The position numbers and the translations under genes were made by a program. A stretch of 64,000 nt of DNA from a virus. Below are positions 58,902-64,000 of this stretch, piece after piece. The stretch is taken from the IMG/VR virus record IMGVR_UViG_3300017917_003379; one strand, written 5' to 3'. The notes under the pieces are model-generated. The model was given only the letters and a program-made list of their open reading frames with translations, searched no databases and was not told the origin of the DNA. Position 1 is the stretch's first letter. Every line of letters starts with the position of its first letter.

Positions 58902-60881
58902 ATGTCGCTTTTAAACCTACGCACAGATTTAAAATCACTTAAATACGGTTCTGACCGCCCTGGTGGTGGGGATAGTGGTTTGCCTTATATTAAAACTGAT
59001 ATCAATACTATTGATAGTGGTTTTAATAGGTTACGTTTAACTAAATTTGATGATGGTTTAATTAGAGGAGGAACAATAGGAGCATTAAATGCTTCTGTTA
59101 CGGATACTTTACGTATTAGTAAATTTTTAATTGATCCTCCTAAAGGACCTCTATTCATTGCCAAACAAGTTGGATTACAATTATCCAATCCTCGTTTAGA
59201 AGTACCTAAAAACCCTGCTAATATAGTTTTAGGAGCATCAGATAACGCATTAGCAGTAGGAACAAATGGTTTATTAGAACCAACTCGCATTTATAATCTA
59301 GGAATTAATACAATTGCCCAGATACCAGTAAATGCTTTTGGAGGCCATTTTAATAGACATGGTATATTGCCTGTTCAAACCGATGCTAGTAAATACGAAG
59401 CTGTAGTTACTGCTAATAATAATGTATTAGGATCTTCTGAATTTAACAGACTAGTAAGTTTAGCTAATAAATTTAAATTAGGAGATAGAACTCCTAATTC
59501 GACTACTAATAGACAAGCAATAAGTATATTTAATACATTAAGCCAAGCCGCCAGTATTATTACAGGGATTTCTACTCCACCATTAGGAATCAGTCCTCAA
59601 GATCTTATTATTGATGATTATGTTGCTGGTCCTGGATCAACATATGGAATTGGTCGCACCACAATTAATAGAATTTCTAATACTGAGGATGGATATAAAA
59701 TAGGTTTATCTCTTGATCAAAGTAAACAATATGCTGGTAAAACCAGAAATCAAACAACAAGTGCCCCTGAACTAGTAGATTTTTCTAAAGATAAAAATAC
59801 AGGAAATAATGCTATATCTGCATACCCCATAATATCTCAAATAGAAGCAAGTATTATAAATAAAGCTATAAATCAATCTGTAGTAAATTACAGCAACATT
59901 AATTCAAAAACATATGCTGAGTTACAAAAACAAATAGAACAACAACAGCAATTAAAAAATGATAGTAAACTTTCTGGATCTATATATTATAACCAATTTG
60001 GAATTTATAATGTTACTGGATCTAATCCTAATGGCTCAACTAACGGTAGTTATTCTTCTATAGGTATAGAAAAAATAGGTTATAAAAATTCTTATGGTGA
60101 CGTTGTAATTATTAATAAATCTAATTGGAAAGATGCTTCTCGTGAAGTAAGAGTAGGAAGTGGAAGACAAGACCGAATTAACTTAACTCCTTTATTTAAT
60201 GCAGATGAAGGAAAAGATAGTCTAAACGTAAAAATAGGTAAAGACAATTACAATATAAATGACCTAGTTAAATTTAGAATACAAGCCATAAACACAAACA
60301 ACCCCAGCAAAGGTGTATATATGGTATTTAGAGCATACCTTACAGACTTATCAGATGATGTACAAGCCAACTGGAATGATATAAAATATGCTGGAAGAGG
60401 TGATAAATTTTATATATATGATGGGTTTAGTAGGAAAATGTCAATCGGATTTAAAGTAGCAGCATTATCTTCTAAAGAAATGCAACCTATGTATCAGAAA
60501 CTAAATTATTTGATGAGTAATCTAATGCCTGATTATGGTGAAGGTAAGGTAATGAGAGGCCCCTTAGTAAGAATGACTGTAGGTAATTACATTGATAGTC
60601 AATTAGGTGTTTTAAATTCATTAACATATAAAATATCTAATGATACACCTTGGGAAATAGCATTAAATGAACCTACAGTACAAGGAGGAATAAGAGAAAT
60701 GGTTTTACCTCACATAATTGAAGTATCATTAGGATTTACTCCTATTGGTTCTCAAACATGGAATCAAAACGAATTACCTAGAAAGGCTAATAATGTAACA
60801 AATATAGCTCAAAATTATAATGGAAAAAATGAATCTTCTAATTACATTAGACCAGATGATGTAATAGAAGAAGGAGTTTAA
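58902..60881 (+). CDS. Baseplate/tube-initiator-like protein
   Basis: FRAYL..LSD..W..Y.GR...Y.GF.R; PLVRMTVG; WEI; LPH. Confidence 0.6.
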   Translation: MSLLNLRTDLKSLKYGSDRPGGGDSGLPYIKTDINTIDSGFNRLRLTKFDDGLIRGGTIGALNASVTDTLRISKFLIDPPKGPLFIAKQVGLQLSNPRLEVPKNPANIVLGASDNALAVGTNGLLEPTRIYNLGINTIAQIPVNAFGGHFNRHGILPVQTDASKYEAVVTANNNVLGSSEFNRLVSLANKFKLGDRTPNSTTNRQAISIFNTLSQAASIITGISTPPLGISPQDLIIDDYVAGPGSTYGIGRTTINRISNTEDGYKIGLSLDQSKQYAGKTRNQTTSAPELVDFSKDKNTGNNAISAYPIISQIEASIINKAINQSVVNYSNINSKTYAELQKQIEQQQQLKNDSKLSGSIYYNQFGIYNVTGSNPNGSTNGSYSSIGIEKIGYKNSYGDVVIINKSNWKDASREVRVGSGRQDRINLTPLFNADEGKDSLNVKIGKDNYNINDLVKFRIQAINTNNPSKGVYMVFRAYLTDLSDDVQANWNDIKYAGRGDKFYIYDGFSRKMSIGFKVAALSSKEMQPMYQKLNYLMSNLMPDYGEGKVMRGPLVRMTVGNYIDSQLGVLNSLTYKISNDTPWEIALNEPTVQGGIREMVLPHIIEVSLGFTPIGSQTWNQNELPRKANNVTNIAQNYNGKNESSNYIRPDDVIEEGV

Positions 60882-60890
60882 TAAGTAATT

Positions 60891-61199
60891 ATGGCATCAA
60901 GATACGATAACGGAACAATACTAACTACTACACAGAGTAGACCATATTATAAAGGTAAACAATATCCTAATATACCTTTATCTGAAACAGATGTATATGT
61001 TATTACAACTGTTGGAGATAGACTTGATTTATTAGCATATTCTTATTATAATGATGTAAACCTATGGTGGATAATAGCAGCAGCAAACAACAATATAACT
61101 AAAGGTTCTATGTTTCCTATACCTGGTACTCAATTAAGAATACCAGCAAATGCTGCTAATGTAATTAATTTATTTAATCAATTTAATCAAGCTAGATAA
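60891..61199 (+). CDS. LysM-like baseplate wedge protein (gp53/tail X-like)
   Basis: GDRLDLLAY.YY.D..LWWIIA.AN..G.QLRIP. Confidence 0.8.
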   Translation: MASRYDNGTILTTTQSRPYYKGKQYPNIPLSETDVYVITTVGDRLDLLAYSYYNDVNLWWIIAAANNNITKGSMFPIPGTQLRIPANAANVINLFNQFNQAR

Positions 61200-61204
61200 A
61201 TGTT

Positions 61205-64000
61205 ATGTCAATTTTTAAAGATACATTTCACCCAAGTATAAAAGATCAATTAAAGGTTCGTCAAGACGCAATGACAAACCGTACTTCTCAAAATCTTCAA
61301 TATTTAAATTCTCGTAATGCTTGGATTAGAATATCCTCAGCAGTTAACGTGTATAAAAAAGGTATTCCTATTACATCTGCTTCCTTAGTTGATCCGGCAA
61401 GTTATGATAATACCTTAGCTAAACAGTACATCTTACAAGGAGGAACTTTATATAATGGTAATTTAAGATCAGGATTAACACCTGGCTATACTCAAGGAGG
61501 AGCATACAGTATTTCAGGATCATTAGGTGAACCTTATCGTTTAGGTATTAGACCAATGCCTGGTATAACATCAGTAGATGTTAAATCTAAAAGTGCATAC
61601 GGTTCATTAAGAGAGGCAACTGTGAATTTCCAATGTTGGGATATTAAACAACTAGAAGATTTAGAGTTACTTTATATGAGACCTGGTTATACTGTATTGT
61701 TAGAGTGGGGATGGTCTCCATATTTAAATAATAAAAATGAATATATAACTTCTGTTGATTACACTGACATTATTGATAAAACATGGGATAAAGAAGAATT
61801 ATTTAAACGCCAGTATGCTAGATCAACAGATGGAGTTTATTATAAAGATGATGGAACACAAATATCAGTAACTGGATATCAAGGTAATTCCGAATCAATG
61901 TTTGGTTATGTTAAAAATTATAGTTGGAAAGCTAGAATGGATGGTGGATATGATTGTACTGTAAATATAATTTCGATAGGTGAAGTTATAGAATCATTAA
62001 AAGTAAATTATTCTCCTTTAAATACTAAACTCCCCATAACAACTAAAGGATTATTATCTCCTAATATAGGAATAGATGCTACTGGCATGACTGAACTATC
62101 TAGTTCATATTCGCAAAATATATTAGCAGGTATATTTTATGAATTAAGAGAAATAGTACGTAAAAAAGCAGGAGGATTTGGTGCTGATTCATTAGGAGCA
62201 GCAGCAACTATTGCTACAACTCCAATAGCAGGTACTCTTGGGGGTGTTATTGCTGGAGCAATAACAGCCACTAATACTGAACAAGGTGCAGAAGACGTTA
62301 ATGGAACAAGTTATTTATTTTATGATAATCAATATAAATTTTATTATGATGTATATCGTAGAACATTAAATATAGCTGGAGGAGAACACCCAACAAGCAG
62401 AACAAACAAAATAGGAGAATCAGATGAACAGATATACATTACATTAGAAACATTAACTAATATACTTAACAATTACGTTCTATTACAAGACACCACTAAT
62501 AAAAAACCATTTGCTTCTATTTCAGTATTAGAACCACAAATTGGTCCTCCAATACAACCCGATCCTATATCAGGTTCAGGTTATTTATTAGCTCTTGCTC
62601 ATCCATTAGAAATATCAGTAGATCCTACAGTATGTCTTATCAAAAATAGATTATGGATAGATGGACTTAATATACAATTGGACCGGGATATTGATGCTAA
62701 TAGTGGTCTTCCTGTAGCTCCTCCTAGATATGGTACAGCAACAATTGATAGAAAATGGTGGGAAGATATAGCTAAATTAGTAAACGATGCTAATAATGGA
62801 AATGAACAACCCTTAATTAAAAAAGTAAGAGAAACCGTAGGAACTGGAGATCAAGCTATTGAAAATTTAAAAGAAATCCAAAGGTGGTTTACAGTTAATG
62901 AAGGTAAAATAAGAAATATCCCTGTAATAAAAGATAGAATATCAATTAATAATACAATAATTGGTAATACAACAATTGGTAGTTATGAACATTTTTACGA
63001 TCTTTTAAATGAAGGATTAACACAAAGTACTATTAATGATATTTTAGGAATAAGAAGACCTAATGAAGATGATCCCAAATATAGTGCTGCAACTAAAAAC
63101 CCATATTCACTTGATGTAGAAAGACTAGAAGAAGCAAAACAAAAATTAAAAGAATATAAAGAAAAAGGAAGTCAAGGAAGTAAATATTTAGATAATTTAA
63201 CTCGTCCTTATTTTATAGATAACGGTGATTATACTAAAGAATTAGGTATTATAGGTAACATTTATGTTAATATAAACATGTTATATAATTTAAGTGTTGA
63301 TAAAACCTTAGCTTCACAAGATAAAAAAGAAAAAAATGAAATCAACTTATATGATTTCTTAAAAAACATTCTATCTAAAATATCCACATCAATAGGAAAC
63401 GTAAATAATTTTGATATTCATGTTGACCCTAATGGAAGCACAGCAAGAATTATTGATGTTAATTATGTAGACAAAATGTCTTCAGATCAAGCCTACGATA
63501 ATGCTGTTGAATTACAAGTCCATAATTTAAATTCAATTGTAAGATCATATTCATTAGAATCAAAAATATTCCCTGAACAAGCAACACAGGTTGCCATAGG
63601 TGCTCAAGTTGGTGGAGGAGCATTAGGAATTGATAGCACAACATTAGTAGACTACAATAGACTTATACGCGACAGGATAATACCAATAAAAAACGCTCCT
63701 ACAGACCCTACAGAATCAGAAAATAAAACTACTTTAAGTACATTAACTAATGCTTTGAGTACATTAATTCCCTTCTTTGATGAATCTATACCTGGAAGTG
63801 CTTTGGGGGTAAACCTAACTGATGGAACATATAATGTAGATGAAACCGGAAAATATACTGGAGCATTAAGAGATATTATACAATTCTTTACTAGTATAAG
63901 TAAATCTAAAATTAGAGGAAAAGCCATAATTCCTACAACATTATCTCTTGAAATGGATGGTATTGGAGGAATAATAATAGGAAATATATTCAAAATTAAT
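61205..64000 (+). CDS. Large baseplate hub-like protein (3' partial; absent from ORF track)
   Basis: ATG 61205 in frame 2: MSIFKDTF..NSRNAWIRISS..GIRPMPGI..GSLREATV..LYMRPGYTVLLEWGW; same frame reads ..LEMDGIGG.. at window end. Confidence 0.7.
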   Translation, partial: MSIFKDTFHPSIKDQLKVRQDAMTNRTSQNLQYLNSRNAWIRISSAVNVYKKGIPITSASLVDPASYDNTLAKQYILQGGTLYNGNLRSGLTPGYTQGGAYSISGSLGEPYRLGIRPMPGITSVDVKSKSAYGSLREATVNFQCWDIKQLEDLELLYMRPGYTVLLEWGWSPYLNNKNEYITSVDYTDIIDKTWDKEELFKRQYARSTDGVYYKDDGTQISVTGYQGNSESMFGYVKNYSWKARMDGGYDCTVNIISIGEVIESLKVNYSPLNTKLPITTKGLLSPNIGIDATGMTELSSSYSQNILAGIFYELREIVRKKAGGFGADSLGAAATIATTPIAGTLGGVIAGAITATNTEQGAEDVNGTSYLFYDNQYKFYYDVYRRTLNIAGGEHPTSRTNKIGESDEQIYITLETLTNILNNYVLLQDTTNKKPFASISVLEPQIGPPIQPDPISGSGYLLALAHPLEISVDPTVCLIKNRLWIDGLNIQLDRDIDANSGLPVAPPRYGTATIDRKWWEDIAKLVNDANNGNEQPLIKKVRETVGTGDQAIENLKEIQRWFTVNEGKIRNIPVIKDRISINNTIIGNTTIGSYEHFYDLLNEGLTQSTINDILGIRRPNEDDPKYSAATKNPYSLDVERLEEAKQKLKEYKEKGSQGSKYLDNLTRPYFIDNGDYTKELGIIGNIYVNINMLYNLSVDKTLASQDKKEKNEINLYDFLKNILSKISTSIGNVNNFDIHVDPNGSTARIIDVNYVDKMSSDQAYDNAVELQVHNLNSIVRSYSLESKIFPEQATQVAIGAQVGGGALGIDSTTLVDYNRLIRDRIIPIKNAPTDPTESENKTTLSTLTNALSTLIPFFDESIPGSALGVNLTDGTYNVDETGKYTGALRDIIQFFTSISKSKIRGKAIIPTTLSLEMDGIGGIIIGNIFKIN

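Noticed and set aside
482-63993. Minus-strand ORFs in the supplied track
   Set aside because: All overlap stronger + strand genes and read as antisense shadows (e.g. poly-Ser opposite poly-Glu at 39656-40189)
1-64000. Stop-codon reassignment, tRNA genes, DGR or integrase
   Set aside because: Core genes are intact under the standard code with high coding density; no cloverleaf, reverse transcriptase or recombinase recognised by eye (tRNAscan not run)

Overview
This AT-rich window is a segment of a large lytic, T4-like (contractile-tail) phage genome, and essentially every real gene lies on the + strand. TTTG-N19/20-TAnnTTT(G/A) promoters and A-rich, mostly SD-less start regions point to a Bacteroidota host (inference). 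Gene order: EndoII-like GIY-YIG nuclease, primase and PD-(D/E)XK nuclease; a ~26 kb accessory region; lysis genes; terminase, portal, prohead protease, scaffold and major capsid; PhoH; neck, fibre, sheath, tube, chaperone, tape measure and baseplate. Main finding: about 27 otherwise unrelated ORFs carry one of three short amphipathic tags (MIKLxxIL..E; MKKSELRxIIKEE; INE..RMQQLAGIxE). These are typically followed by (L/I)-x-E sites of the T4 gp21 type, and two of the tags recur in the scaffold protein. This looks like a greatly expanded capsid cargo-addressing system. Candidate payloads include an ADP-ribosyltransferase/metallopeptidase polyprotein, GNAT, ParB-like, wHTH and OmpA-like domains. 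Some passenger genes sit behind homing endonucleases: a GIY-YIG+GNAT cassette splits an FAD oxidoreductase gene, and two unannotated HNH relics follow the protease and capsid genes. Other observations are an ATATTTAT late-promoter candidate (~25 sites), a probable +1 frameshift in the tail chaperone, and hairpin arrays in two structural-gene leaders. All functional calls come from motif recognition by eye; no database searches were run.
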